From Lama guanicoe (lineage: Eukaryota), in assembly GCA_013239625.1 (NCBI GenBank), contig MU053933.1, positions 1,821,026-1,883,025 of the forward strand: a stretch of 62,000 nucleotides of DNA, written 5' to 3'. The notes under the pieces are model-generated. The model made no database searches. It was given only the letters and a program-made list of their open reading frames with translations, and had not been told where the DNA came from. A program made the position numbers and the translations under genes. Each line of letters opens with the position of its first letter. The first letter of the stretch is position 1. Below, one piece after another: positions 24,071 through 37,699 of this stretch.

Positions 24071-24949
24071 GTAAGCATTTCTCTAAGGGAGAAACTCCTG
24101 TATGTCAGTGAATGCTTCCATCAGGTGGGAGCTTTTGATGGTGTCATATTGTTTTCTTCAAATACGTGTTTTCATCAAGATAAGAGCTTTGCAGAAGATG
24201 CTTGGATAATTTGAATCCTGATCACTCAGACTTGTTTTAGGTAAACTGCTATGCACTTAGTTGTTGTTGTTTTTTTTTGATACTGGAACATTCTCTGGAG
24301 TTTTTGAATCAAGGAAATACGTGTTAATCCAGTAGAAGAAATAAAGCTCACTAGTGTGGTAGGGACTGTGGTCTTTCAAATGGTCCTCTTGAGCTCTTTC
24401 AGATATGCTTTCTCTACTCCAAGTCAGAAGAAATTTAACAACGACCAAGCCAAAGCGTTTTTGGGTCACTGATTCAGCTTCTCGAGGAACTGTCAAGCTG
24501 GCATCTGGATGAAGCCTTGGAAGAAGATATATCTGTACCTTTGCAAAATGTGCCTTTCACCCTTACACGTGTATAAAGCAGGAATACAGTTTTATTGTAA
24601 GAGATGGAATCCAAGTGTACTTGCTAGGTCGGAAGGTGAGCGTGGTTTAAATTTTGAGACCTGCTTCTGAATCACCCTGTGAAGAAGCTGTATTCTGAGT
24701 TATACTCTGCTACTCTGGGTAGGGTTCATCTTTTTAATTTTCACCAGTCTGATGGATGGGGGAAGACTACCATAGTTTTCTTTTTTCTAAACAGCTTTAT
24801 TGAGGTTTAATCTACATACGTAACATTACTATCCATTGTATGTGTACAGTTCTCTGACCACTAGTGTGTAGAGTTGTGCAGCCATCACCGTAAGTCAGTT
24901 TTAGAACATTTCTATCACCCCAAGATGTTCGCTTGTACTTGTTAGCAGT

Positions 24950-25310
24950 TAATCAAAGCGTCAGCCAAGGCTGTGCTCCCTCCCAAGGTTTGAGGGGAGG
25001 GTCCTTCTTGCCTCTTTTCCAGCTCCCAGGAATCCTTGGCGTTCCTTGGCTTATAGCCCCATCACTCCTGTCTCTGCTTTGTCTTCACATGGCCTCCTCT
25101 CTCCCTGTGTTTTTCCCTTATGTCTCTTACTTGACCTGACAAGTGACCTCTTGTCGTTGAATTTAGGGTCCATCTAAACACGATCTGGAATGATCTCATT
25201 TGAGATCCTGAACTTAACTGTATCTATAAAGACCCTTTTTCCAAGTAAGTTTCATTCACAGGTTCTGGGGGGTCAGGACATGGACACATCTTTCGGGGGC
25301 CCTGTTCAGC
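24950..25310 (-). mobile_element. MaLR LTR (MLT1-like) following an L1M 3' end (24780-24950)
   Basis: gatctcatttgagatcctgaacttaactgtatctataaagaccctttttccaagtaagtttcattcacaggttctggg. Confidence 0.75.
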
Positions 25311-28300
25311 TCCTTCGTCATTGTCTGCATCGGTTCCCAGGTGCCCCTCGGCTGGCTTCCGTCGCGTGTCTCCGGTTCTGTGTCACTTCGCCTGCCTCTG
25401 GGGGCTTGTCCGCTCTGCAGTCCAGGCCGAGGAGCCGCTCCTGGGATCTGGGATTTTGGGCTTGAGACGTTGGCACAAAGATGGATGGTCTCTTAGGAAG
25501 AGATGAACCTTTTCTGCAGTCTCTCTCTATTTTTTCCCCCAGGGAAATAAATGCCTTTATTTGGCTTCTTGCATGTGTTGTGTTACGTGATGCTTCATTC
25601 CTCAATATTTTAGGCCCTTGTTTGCAAAATTTTTTTAAGGAGTGAGCAGAGAATGAAGAAACTGACAACAGGTCGGACCTTGGTTTCACCAGGGAGTGTT
25701 GTATGTTTGGAAAGTTTTCTTATTTTTACCAGGTGGTGTTATTTTTCTTAACTGCCGACCCCAGGGCCAGGCTTGCTGGGCCAGACCAGGATCCCTCCGT
25801 GTTTGGTCAGGCCCCACCCCAGCGTTTCTGTTGGGATCACTCAAGCGAGGGTTGCTAGGGCTGTGGTAAACGCTTAATTTTGCTGGATGTTTTCAAATTC
25901 CCCTTGCTAATGGTGCACCTTTTGAAAACGGCAATTAGACCTCCCTGAGAAAGTAATCTTTGAACAGAGACTTTAAGAGGGTGAGGGAGGAACCTGGGGG
26001 CAGAGCGGTTTGGGGACCCTTCTCTCCAAGGCTGCAGGGCAGGGTGAGCCTGGACTGAGCAGAGTCTCTTATTGGACTTGCAGATACTGTGATCCAAACT
26101 GCCATCCTATATTTTCTTTATTTTAAAATATGTAAAACCATTAAAGGCTTAGTCTTAAGTGTTCTTGTATTTAGATGCATTTATCTTATCTTTTTGTGTT
26201 GGAACTCTTCAGTTTTAAGCTGTGTGGTCTCTGGGTGACCGTGTGCCCCTGGTTGGAGGTGTTTGCTCAGACCTCCTTGAACACTTGGCACGTGTGCTGG
26301 ATTGTCTTTCATGTTAAAAGGCAGAAAGACTTTGGGACTTTGTGCCTTGTGAGCGGACTCTGTGTGTTGATTGTAGTTCCCCTTCTGCAGACTCCCACAG
26401 CATGGAACTCCCTTAACACTCACCGTTGTACTTTTTCCCTTTGGTCACACCTAGAGGCAGTCACTGTCCTGTAGACTAGGTACTGGGTACGGAAGGGAAG
26501 CAGAGCAGGGAGGAGCACGTGAGTGTGTCCCAGTACACGGCTCAGGAGGAGAGCTGGAAGGATCAGGTCTGACGTGAGAGCCAGGGGTGCAGTGGCAGGG
26601 GTCCTGAGTTGTGACTTCAAATCAGCGTGCTTGGAAGGCCTGACGCAGAGGATCTGGGACAGCTGACAGCAGAGGAAGGTGATTCCCTTCCTGTCTACTG
26701 TAGGAGTTACTTTTCTTTAACCTTGGCCTCTGGGGTGCAAGGCAGTGGGAGCGCCCACTGCTTTTCTTAATATATACCTTCCAGTAAAGGCAGGGCAGTG
26801 TTTATGTGTAGAGATTGAGGGGGGGCATCAGTTGCCTGGTCATTTTAGGGCACAAGTGAAACCCTGATGTCTCCTTAGAGAGTCTGGATATCCTCTGGGT
26901 CTTTCTGTTTTTTGTCGTTAACCTTCACTCACTGCCCCCACCTCCAAATATGAAAGCCTTTTATGTACAGATACTCTGGGAGGACCGCTGGGGAGGGCTT
27001 CCATATTCCATGATTATGCATTTAATACTAGTTTTCCCCACAAAAGAGCTTGCAGTTTGAAGCATTAATTAAATTTCATTACTGCAATGACATTATACAT
27101 AAATTATGGCAAATACATTTTACACGTTATTGAGTAGGCGGAAGTGACTTCCCAGTTTATGACTTTGGACGTTTTTATCGTCCGTTTGAAAGTCTGTTCC
27201 ACCAAAAGCTGTTGAGGAGAACTTAATTAATGTGTGGTCTGAGGGGTTAAGGACAGCGCCTCCTTAACACTTCTTGGGAGTGTTAAATGGGAGTGAGCTG
27301 CCTCACAGTGAAGTGAAGCTTTGTTTAGTTGAATGCCGTTTCTACATTTTTCTGTAAAGCAAATGTGAGGTAAATTACGTGTTTCCTTGGCTTTTTTTGT
27401 TCAGAAGTAAAGTCATAGCCTCTCTTGCTCGGAAGGGCTTGAAACGGGTCCCGCAGTCCTGGTCTGGCCATGCAGCGAGGTCCTCCGACCAGAGGGCGGC
27501 TTCCCGGCGGGGCTGAAGCCCGCCCGGTCCCTGTCCCTGCGTTCCTGGTGCTCTGGGGTCTCTGGAGCCCTCTGAAGGGTAAACGTGACATTGCCCATCA
27601 GGTACGTGAAGACAGCCATCCTGTTTACAGGCTAAATAAGCTGAAGGGTCTTCAGTTCAAGGTCAAGTGAGAGATGCCTTTTATTAGAAAGGTTACTGTT
27701 TCCTTTCACTAAGATTATACTAAAGAATCTGAAGAAAACTTACACTGTATGAGAGTATTAGCAAATATTTAGAGGTGTTAAGATCTTTTCTCCAACATAA
27801 ATATCCAAATAAAGATACTGATCTCGAAACGGCTGGCATCAGGTATCTGGGAAAGCTGTGTGTCAGGGGCCGATGGGCTGAGCACTTTGTGTTTCTTTGC
27901 GCTCTCTCGTGGTTGTGGTTTCCTGATCCTTCTGTACTTTTGCAGAGACCTTCACAGCTCTGTGTGTTGAAGTAGGGGACAGTGGGATGCCAGGGGCAGA
28001 AGCGGTCACTGTGTCGCTGAAGGTCTTCTGGAACCTGTATTTTCAGCCAAGCAATGTCAGCACAGCCCCTGCGGATTCATTAGGAAACAGCATGAGGGGC
28101 AGCGGCAGCCTGGGTGTGACTCAGCCCCGCACAAGCTGCGTGGCTCTGGCGAGGCAGGGGTGTCCTCACATGTAGGGTGGCACTCGATCCTCCGGCTGCT
28201 GTGAGGGTTGGGGTGACTGCCAGGCCCACCATGCCGTCCGTGAGTGCACGGTCAGCTGTTCACTTCTTGTAGCTGGCTCTCTCCTGACCCCCCCCCCCCC

Positions 28301-28454
28301 CGCCATAGCTGAGCGGACCCTCCTGGGTCCTCTAGAACTGCAAAGTCACAAAGTTATGTTGTGCTGAGTACTACATAGATGATTTCTGAGGGGAGGGTGC
28401 AAATCAAATGCTTTTACTTGCCCCTTTTAAGTTTTTCATACACTTTCCATAGTT

Positions 28455-28915
28455 GTGTCAGTGTCTTGGGGCTGCTGTAACGATTACGTACACTGTGTGC
28501 CTTAGAACAACACAAAGTTATTCTCCTAGCGTTCTGGAGAGCAGAAGTCTGAAACGGGTCTCATTGGGCTAAAGTCAAGGTCCTTCTGGAGGCTCCAGGG
28601 GAGAACCTGTTCCTGCTTTTCCCGGCTTTTTGGGGTGCCTCCATCCTTGGCTCCTGGCCCCTCCATTTTCACAGCTGGTGACGACCAGACCAGCTCAGTC
28701 TTCCTCGTGGGGCTGTCCCTTTGGTTGTGACTTCCGCTTCCCTCTTCCCCATTCAGGTATCCTTGCGAGTACTTGGGGCCCATCCAGATAATCCAGGATA
28801 ATCTCTTTATTTTAAGATCAGCTGATCAGCAACCTTAATCTGCCTGCAACCTTAATTCTCCCTTGCCATGTAAAGTAACGTGTTCACAGGCCCCAGGGAG
28901 TGGGACTGTTACCTA
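28455..28915 (-). mobile_element. MaLR LTR (MLT1C-like)
   Basis: gggctgctgtaac...ttctggagagcagaagtctgaaa...ataatccaggataatctc...ccttgccatgtaaagtaac. Confidence 0.8.
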
Positions 28916-31314
28916 GACTTCTGAATGCCCTTAACACGTGTCTGGGGAAAAGCACAGGAAGTAATGATTCTCTAAGTATGAAAACCCTGTGGTGTCCTCC
29001 CCAGCTGAGAGGTGACTTTTGTCCACCTCCCTCCCCGAGGCATAATTTATAGTTGTAGAGCATGCAAGCCACATTTGGTAATTTACCCTATCTTTTCTGT
29101 AAACTCTTTAGTGCCAAAATCAATCTTAATGTCATGACAGAGTCCTAAAGTCTTCAAAAAAATTACTGCGAAAGCATTATAGGAACATTAGCAACAACAA
29201 ATATATAGCTTTTTGAACATAGATACATTTTTCCTTTTAGGGTAAGAGAATTTGTGCCTTTAGTTTAGTTTAGTTTGGATGCCCCATGTTCCTGAAAGCC
29301 TGAAATGCAGACTGAGCACCCTCTGGTCTCCTCCCCGGATGGAACCGCTTTGCGGGGCGTGGTTAGGATGTACGCTTTCAGCAGGTGCAGCGTCGCTTGT
29401 CTGCCCGCCTGCTGGAGGCACTGTCACACAAAGCAGGACGCCCTGGGGTCCTCTGCCCTTCAGGTATCAGCGTAATGCTGATTCTGTTCTGGTTGCAGTT
29501 GGCTGTTGAGAATTGAAAACCTGAATTTTAAAAATGCTTTGACACTAAATAACTCTGTGACTTTGCAGTTCTAGTGGACCCTAACATGAAAGTTTTGCAC
29601 ATTAAATGATTGAAAGTAAAAGTTTCCATTGCTCTTTGGGTTGGTGAAGGGTAAAACAGACGACATCTGACTGTGACGACAGCTTGTGACTGCCCTGACC
29701 CTGGCCCTGGCGGGTCCACAGCGTCCTCGTTGGGTTTGTCTGGGCCTGGTACCACGCTGTGCTTGGACCCTCGTGTTAGTGAGAGTGTCTAAGCTCTAAA
29801 AGACTATCTAGCCTACAGGTTTCTAGTTTTCGTTATAATCGACTTCTTTGAAAATTAGGGTTTTCAGAAATAAGCATTTTTCTTACTGTCTTATTGTTGG
29901 TGATCTAAAATCTAAGTGATACATCTTTATCTGTAGTTATTTATGTTTTCTTGGACATGTGTTAGTGTCTTTTTACTTACTGTTGGTAAAAGTTGACTAC
30001 TTAATAACTGAGTTCCCACGTCCTTCTGTTAAAAGTTTTAAGAAAGTGTTAAGCAGTTTGTTGAAATATGACCCATTTAAGCTTAAGTCACTGAAATCAT
30101 CCTTTTGAGTTCTTACCCCTCCCTGTGTTTAATTAGTTCTTATCTGCTTTTAACATAAAAAGTTTAAAATTGCATGATTAATACATGGATATATGCTTGT
30201 AAAAACCTCAGAGAATGCAGTCGTAAGTCAGGAAATAGGGACTTTCTGCATCAGTTACCTGGCTGTGAGAAACAGCAAGTCTAATCACAGCTGGCGTGAA
30301 CGGGAAAGCACTTAGGCTCATAGAGTCGGAGACCCAGGGTTCTGCCTGCCTCTCCTGGGGGCTCCTGAGCCAGGCTCTCCTCGGCCTCTGGGCTCAGGGG
30401 CAGCCTGGGGGCAGGTGCCCAGTGGGTCTGGGCAGCATTCGGACAGAGTACCATCCCTCTCTTCAGAGTGAGGCCCCTGTCCCCTGACGTTTCCCTTTGC
30501 ATTCGGGTGGCTCCTCTGCCTGTCCTGCCTCCTGCCCGGGTGCCCCACGTGCCAATGCCGCTGCGGGCGAGGGATGGCCGTGATGGTCTGCGCATGCCCC
30601 TGGCGCTGCCTGCGGGCGGGCCCGTGCTCCCTGGGCCTCCCAGCCTCATCGCCAAGTGTTCCCTAGCGAGTGAGGACACACACACAGGGAGAGAGAGACT
30701 ATGTTAATGGGACTGTGCTCTGAATTACTCTTGCCAAGTGTTTTGATAACTCTCCCCTCTCTCACAAAAAAAAAAAAAGAGAAAAGAAATCTTAGTTGTT
30801 GAAATAAATAGTCTGAGTTGACTGTAAACACTGCAGTTTTCTGAACAGGGTTCTTTGGACGCGGTGTCAACCCTGCGTCTCACTTTGCTTCCAGGAGCCG
30901 TTTCCTGGCGGCTGGATCCTTACCCGTTTCCTTGGGCCCCATGCCCATGGGACCAACATGGACATCAGCCTAGGGTTGGGCTCACAGCGCAGGCCTCAGA
31001 ACTCGAATGCTTTTCTACTTAGTGGCGGGACTATTTTGGGGGCTACAGAGTGTACATTGTTAATTTAATTGCCTGTCACAAGCCGAGATTGAATTCTGTG
31101 GGGTTCACACCCAGGCTCTTGGCGCTCTGGCTCTCTGTCGCCCGTTTTCAGAGACGTGTCTGCTTTTCATGGTGCTCAGTGCATGGCTTGGAGAGTGTTG
31201 TCATGAATAGCCATGTATTCTGAGAAAGTCATGGTGGCTTCTCTTCATTTCACGGCCAGTCAGTGTAGAATTTCAGTGGGTGAGAAGAATTCGACCTTAA
31301 AATGTAAACTGGGG

Positions 31315-31690
31315 GCACTGTTGCTCGAGCTGCCCTAACAAAGCAGCCCGGCCTGGGGGGCGCATGGCGGAGACGCGTCTCCTCCCAGCGCTGGGGGCTG
31401 GGAGTCCAGGGTCAGTGTCCACAGGATTGGGGTCCGAGGCCTCGCCCCTTGACTCGTAATGGCCAGTGTCCTCGTCGACACTGGACTTGCTGTGACCTCA
31501 CGTGGTCTCTTCCCACCCTGATGTCTGTGTATCCACGTTTTCTCTTAGCAGAGCACCAGTCAGATGGGATCAGGGTCCATTCTGCAGACCTCGTTCTAAC
31601 TTAATCAGCTCTTCCAAGACCTAATCTCCAAACACAGCCACATTCAGAGGTGCTGGGGGTTAGGATTTCAACACAGGAGTTTGTTACCCA
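31315..31690 (-). mobile_element. MaLR LTR (MLT1A-like)
   Basis: caccagtcagatgggatcagggtcc...atctccaaacacagccacattcagaggtgctgggggttaggatttcaaca. Confidence 0.75.
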
Positions 31691-33460
31691 GCTCGGAACA
31701 GGCACTGAGATCAGATGGTCACATGTTAAGTCCCCTGTTATTGCCCGATGACATCTTTGCCGTTGACAGATGTGCTAAGTGACCTATAATCTTTAAAAAG
31801 TAAATTTAGCATGCAAATTAAAGATTTATTTTACAGTTGAATGTAAGACTTCGTAGTCGCCATTTAGTCGAGTTTTATCATGTCACAGGATTTCTTGTGC
31901 GAGAGACGTGGGAGGGGCATGTAGGAGGCTCTTCATTGGTTTACACTGTGGGCATAAGGTGATGGTACCTTTGAGTGGGGCTTTACTGCAAGGACCATAA
32001 CAAATCCTATATATTTATTTAGTAAACCAAGTGAAAGGGGAGGAAGCTTCCTTGTAGTTGCTCTAATTTCTACTTAGCGAAGAGGAGTGATTTTTATGTT
32101 AATCTTGGAGCCTTTTAAAGAGGCCGCAGGAGTTGGCGCTTAAAGATAAGATATTTGAAGCTAACTAAAGATTTTCTTACTTTAATGATTTCTAAGACAA
32201 CTACCAAAGAAATGAACATGAAAAATGTAGAGTTAAAACATAGAAGATGTTTTTATGTCAACAGCAAATGTGTTAATAGGAAACCTTACTGAAGATCTGC
32301 TTCGCATCAGGCCTTGTTCGAGGTTATTTATGTTGACTCAGTCTCACCACAGCCCTACTGGGCAGCTCTTCTTGTTTTCCCATTTCACAGATGGTCCCCG
32401 AGGCACAGGAAGGGAAGTGGCCACCCCAGGCTTACGCAGCGGGTGGAGAGAGGCGCTCAGTGGGACCCAGTGGTCAGCCCTCAGGGTCCGTGGCTAGTCT
32501 CGATGCCCGCTGCCTCTCTGCCTCTCTGATACTCAACCCAGCTGCCCAGAAACGTCATTACTCAGAGCAGTGCCTTGACATTGTCACGTGGTTTTGGGGG
32601 GCTTTGTTTTGTTTTATTTTAGGCTCCCCATAACAAAATAAGCAAATGCATCAATGGCCCATATCAATTCCCAATGATTTCTTTAAGATCAATATAAAAG
32701 CAATTTGGAAAATGGTTTTGCTTGGAGTTAGAGGATCCTCTGAGTAGAAGAATTGGAGCCATCTATATTAAGAGGTTCTTTTGTAGCTTAAGTATAATAT
32801 GGTTGTACTCTCACTTCTGAGAGCTAAGTGGACTTTGCAGTTCTGTTAAAGCTGAGACGAAAGAGCTGCATTAACAACCCAGCGTGCAGAGCCAGACACG
32901 CCTGTCCTCCTCTCTGGTCCCCGCCCCAGCCGGCTCCGTGCTCTCCTCTCTGGGAGGCGGCCGTGCTTGTCCCAGTGTCCTGGGACTGTCGCGAGGACGC
33001 CTTAGGAGAACGCGTGTCCCTGTGTCTCTGCTCCTACTGGGTGCACCTCGAGCTTTTTACGGTGAGGAAACTCACATCCCCTTGTCTGGGTTTCCTTTTC
33101 TTACGGGGTTCCGGGGCGAGCTCTGCGAGCTGCAGTCAGCAGCGGCTCTGTAAGTGAGCCACGAGGGAGCCGGCGGCCGTCTCCTCGACTTTCCACCCCC
33201 CTTCCCTGCTCCTCCTCCCCTTCTCCTCCTCCTCGTGGGGAGACCCGTACCCCGCTCCGAGAGGCCGCGTGAGGCTTCCTTAGGTCCTGGGGGTCAAGTA
33301 CTGCGCTTTCTTGAGCCCACTTATTTAAAGACATGAAACAGTCTTGTTTTGTGATATCATTTTACTGAATTTTCAGATTGTCTAAAAATACCAACTTAAT
33401 AAATTTCAGAGCCCATTTTCCAATGTTCACCTAAAAATGCCATTTTTATTCTTGTTGAAG

Positions 33461-33542
33461 GTGCTGGAGATCAGAACTTATTTACCTCTATTTATCCAAC
33501 GCTTTCCCAGCAACTTCCGAGAGAGCCGATGGAATGGAGAAG
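33461..33542 (+). CDS. TRAPPC10: TRAPPC10 exon 2 (C-AGDQNLFTSIYPTLSQQLPREPMEWR-R)
   Basis: Acceptor cttgttgaag|, donor AG|gtacgg, 82 nt, phase fits exons 1 and 3. Too short for the ORF track. Confidence 0.96.
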
Positions 33543-34377
33543 GTACGGTCGCCCGGTTTGGGCTGCATCTTCCTCTTCGTTTTGTGGACATTTGTGTGAG
33601 CAAGTGAGGGACTCTAAGTTGCAGCCTGACTTCTAAGGACACTGAACGGCGCCACATAATCCGTGGGCCTTCTTTAAGGAATGTGTTGATTTTCTTAACA
33701 AGACACAGGATGACAGAAACAGGACACTTCTTCTGAGCTAAGGGCCCGCTTTTATAGGAGTGGCTTCTGATTCTCCACGGCTCATCAGGACATCTTAGCG
33801 GCGCAGGCATCCTGGGGCGGAGGCGCGCCCGGGCTCCCTCCATGGTGGAGCAGGCGCCCTCCTCTGCGGCCTGCGCTCCTGGGCTCTTCTCTTAAGGACG
33901 AGAAAGTCTACAGGAAGTTGTTATTTAAAAATGAGAGAAGCCAGGCCAACCCTCCCATTTATCCTGTTGTTGTAATTGTTCATCTAATGACTTGTTCTGA
34001 GGAAATAACTGACTTCGAATTATCTTACTGGAAAACTTATTTCTGGTAAGATTAGATATTACCTGTAGAAAATGTTTGGATTTTGACTTATTAATACAGG
34101 TAATCTGATTTTAACCAAGGTGTGTGAAAAATTTCCTGTTGTTATCCATGGTCATGCAGTTCTGAGTCTGGCTACGTCACTCCTTCCTGACCACCAGTTT
34201 GTACCCCAACTGACAGGAGGAATTAACATTCCGGATGGCTCACCCAGGCTCTCCATTGAATCTAGTCTAATTTTTGTGCCAATTACAGTGTTACAAGGAA
34301 TGTATTTAGTTACTAACACATAATATAGAGTATACAGATGTGGGAGAATTCTCTCCCAGAGAAGTTACTCAACATCA

Positions 34378-34510
34378 GGGGGAAGGGTATAGCTCAAGCG
34401 GTAGGGTGCATGCTTAGCGTGCACAAGGTCCTGGGTTCAATCCCCAGTACCGCCTCTAAAAATAAGTCAGTAAACCTAATTACCTACCCCCGAAACCAAA
34501 GGAAAAAAAA
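34378..34510 (+). mobile_element. tRNA-Ala-derived SINE (camelid Vic-1-like)
   Basis: GGGGAAGGGTATAGCTCAAGCGGTAG (A box) ... GGTTCAATCCCC (B box), A-rich tail, degenerate TSD aagttactcaacatc / aaattattccacatc. Confidence 0.88.
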
Positions 34511-35059
34511 TTATTCCACATCTGAGAAGGCCCAGTGCTGTGAATGAGGGAAAACAACTCACAAATGGAGGAGTTTAATACTTAAAAAAATAGGAGTAAT
34601 CTGGAAAGGATTTCAAATAAGTATACATCATTCAGAAAGATGGAAGAGACAAGAAAGGGAGTTATGAGGAAAAGATAAAATAGAGATGCAGCATAGATTC
34701 AATATGTATTCATCTCTTCACCTTTTTGGAAATAGGGGAGAACAGAATAGGGAGGCCTAAGTGTGCGAGGGCAGAGGAGGGTGGGGATGGCTGCACAGAG
34801 CAGGATAGACGCCTTCTTGGGAGGTGGAGGACGGACGAAGGGAGAGCTGAGCCTGCGTGTCTGCAGTGGTGGCTCCCTGAGAAGCAGGCGACAGGACCCA
34901 GGCCCAGGACTGCGGTAGGCCGGGGCAAGACCCAGTGGAAGGGGTGGCAGGAGAAGTTTCAGGAGATCCATGGGAGGGGGGACAGGCAATACTGGGAAGT
35001 GGGAGCGAGATGGCAGGAGCTGCTGAATGTCTAGCAGAATGAAAACAAAAGCAGGGTTT

Positions 35060-35220
35060 ATACTGTGCAGCACAGGGAAGCATATTCAGTATCTTGTAGT
35101 AGCTCACAGTGAAAAAGAATGTGAAAATGAATATATGTATATTATGTATGACTGAAGCATTGCGCTGTACAGCAGAAATTGATGCAACATTGTAAACTGA
35201 CTATAACTCAATTAAAAAAA
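35060..35220 (+). mobile_element. Short young L1 3' end with poly-A and TSD, followed by an (AAAC)n microsatellite
   Basis: L1 3'UTR motifs; TSD-like aaaagcagggtttata (35047) / aaaaacaggttatata (35216). Confidence 0.8.
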
Positions 35221-36842
35221 CAGGTTATATAACCAAACAAGCAAACAAACAAAAAAACAAGCAAACAAAAAGCCGTACCAAGAAAAACTGGAGAAAAGAA
35301 AACCCGAATTTGCAGTCTCTAACAACATTTCAAACACTGCATAGAGTAGAGTGTTTAAGAAGAGTCTTCTCAAGCTCCTGAGGGAAAGTGCCTCTGAACC
35401 TGGAGTTCTATGCTACTCACCCCTGCCGGAGGGAAGGCCGAGTCAGCCTCCCCAGGCCCTGGAGGAGACAGGGTGCCCGGAGGGTTTGTTTCTCTTAGGC
35501 CTGGGGGGGCCCTGATCTGTCACTTCTGGCTGTGCAGCCCCACGTGTTTGCCCCAGAATGCATTTAGGTCTCACACTCCTGCGTGCCACCCAGTGGAGCT
35601 GGCTGGGAAACATGCAGCCAACATAAACATTTTCAGATGTAGATGATCAGAAACTTTACCACCTTCTCTGAAATAATCAAAGGGTGTGTCTCAACAAGAA
35701 GAAAAATGAACCCACAGTTCAAGATGAAGGAAGCAGCTGCCAGCAATTAAGTCATTAAAATATTTTGCTCTAGTTATGGTATCGATCCTTTTACAAAGTA
35801 AAAAATTAAAATTTTGGATGAGTGGAAGACAGTAGAGAAGAAAGTGTTCTGTCTTTCTTGTTCAAGGAGAGGGAGGCATTTGCTTTAGTCTTAGAAAGGA
35901 GAATTTAAGTGCGTGCATACTAAACATTAAAATGTAATCAACAGCGGAAAAGAAATGGTTGCTTAAACTTTCAAACGAGCAGAGAAAAAGGATGGAAAAA
36001 GAAAACTTGATTAATCTCAAAAAGGACAGAAAAAAAATAAGAGTGTAAAATAGAAAATCCCCAAGTTTAAGCGTAATCATATGAAATATGGTTGGTTTCA
36101 ACTTACTAATCACAGAGACTCCTTAGATTGGATTAAAAAAATGCAAAATCCAGCTTACAGATATTTAAAAGAGACACAAGTACTGGAGGTGGAAAATAGG
36201 GGTATGGAGAAAAGATATCTGTAGCATAATTTATTTTTAGAACTATAATAAATAGCTTTCTTACCCTCTGATAGCAGTGGATTGGGTGTGTGTAGCTTGT
36301 GGGGTTTCTCTGTGTGTTTAGTTCTTGGGTTGAGAAATACTGGGGAAGGATGGTCACTACTGTTTATTTATGCTGTGCAAACAAAAACCTGTTCTTTTCC
36401 ACCAAGCAGTTTTCTTTTTGGACAATACATGTTGTCACAAAAGTATTAGAGCGGTTAAAAGCTTTGGTAACTTCCAACTGCACTTTTGGCATTTGGGGAA
36501 CTCTTTTCCTCTTATAGTGGCTGTTGATTAAGTAACATCCATTTTTCTCAAGTCTGTTGTTGCAAATTGTCTGGTTTGATAGAGTATTACTGTGCAGGTA
36601 TTGTTGAGTGAAATGAAAGATTTATGGAGAGGGAGCTTTGCATGTAAATGTGAATGGGGTTTAAAGTAATTTATAGAATCTTTTCAGATAGAATATGTAA
36701 TAGTTATAATTCATGGTTAATATCATGTACATAGTTCTGAGCTCATAGATATGATTAAATTATTGCTGTATTTTTCTCCTATCCTTTCTGCTGAACATTC
36801 TTTACTCATTTTTCTTAGTGACTTGTTGAGAATTTCTTACAG

Positions 36843-36978
36843 GTCCTATGGCCGGGCTCCGAAGATGATTCACCTCGAGTCTAACTTTGTTCAATTCAAA
36901 GAGGAGCTGCTGCCCAAAGAAGGAAACAAAGCCCTGCTCACTTTCCCCTTCCTTCATATTTACTGGACGGAGTGCTGT
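36843..36978 (+). CDS. TRAPPC10: TRAPPC10 exon 3 (SYGRAPKMIHLESNFVQFKEELLPKEGNKALLTFPFLHIYWTECC)
   Basis: ttcttacag| acceptor, |gtgagt donor, 136 nt; lies within ORF 36751..37191. Confidence 0.97.
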
Positions 36979-37699
36979 GTGAGTATTCCTTTGGGGGAAC
37001 GTTACAGAAGGCGTCCTGGAATAGAGTTAAGATGCACGGGTCTGGGTTTTGCTAAGACAGCTATACTTTTTCAGATTTACTTTTTAATTTTAATTTTTTG
37101 GTATTGGTCCCTCTTGTCCGTTCCTCAGCCAAGCGCATGGCGTTGTGGCTGCCTGTTTCTGCCTTGGCCCAGTGTGGTGCACTCGTGGTAATCACCACAT
37201 AGATTCTTACTTCCTGTGTTTCCAGTTCTTGTGAGCCATCTCACCGCGCCCTCGTGGGCACGAGGCGTTTTTAACATTTACTTTCAGCTTCATTCTCGTA
37301 GCGCCACGTGTTCACCGTCGTGGCAGTTACTGTCCTTGAGAACCCTTGTTGCTGAGGGCTGGGAGCTGTGTCTCCTTCTTCACTCCGCGCCCCCCGTCCT
37401 GGCGGGGCTGCCGTGCTGTGAGCGCCGCAGCCCCTACTTGTACTTGGCTGTTTTATACTCGTGAACCCATTCTTGACAGAATTCTTCTTTCATGAACGAA
37501 TAGAAAATTCTGTGGGTCATTTCTTCTTGTCCCTTTTGACTGTAGTAAGACTAGCATTTAACAATATACAAAAATACATAAATCATGACCTATCGTGACA
37601 TTTTAACCTGACTCTGAGGACGCAGAAGTTGTTTTTTGTAATTTAAGTGAGAAAGGACTCACAGCTTACGCCTCCTCTCCCCTTCACCCCACGGACCTT

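Noticed and set aside
25520..25551. Acceptor-like tract followed immediately by AATAAA
   Set aside because: Would give an implausibly short terminal exon; such motifs are common in introns.
34378..34455. Functional tRNA-Ala gene
   Set aside because: Has a SINE tail, poly-A and TSD, and the cloverleaf is degenerate.
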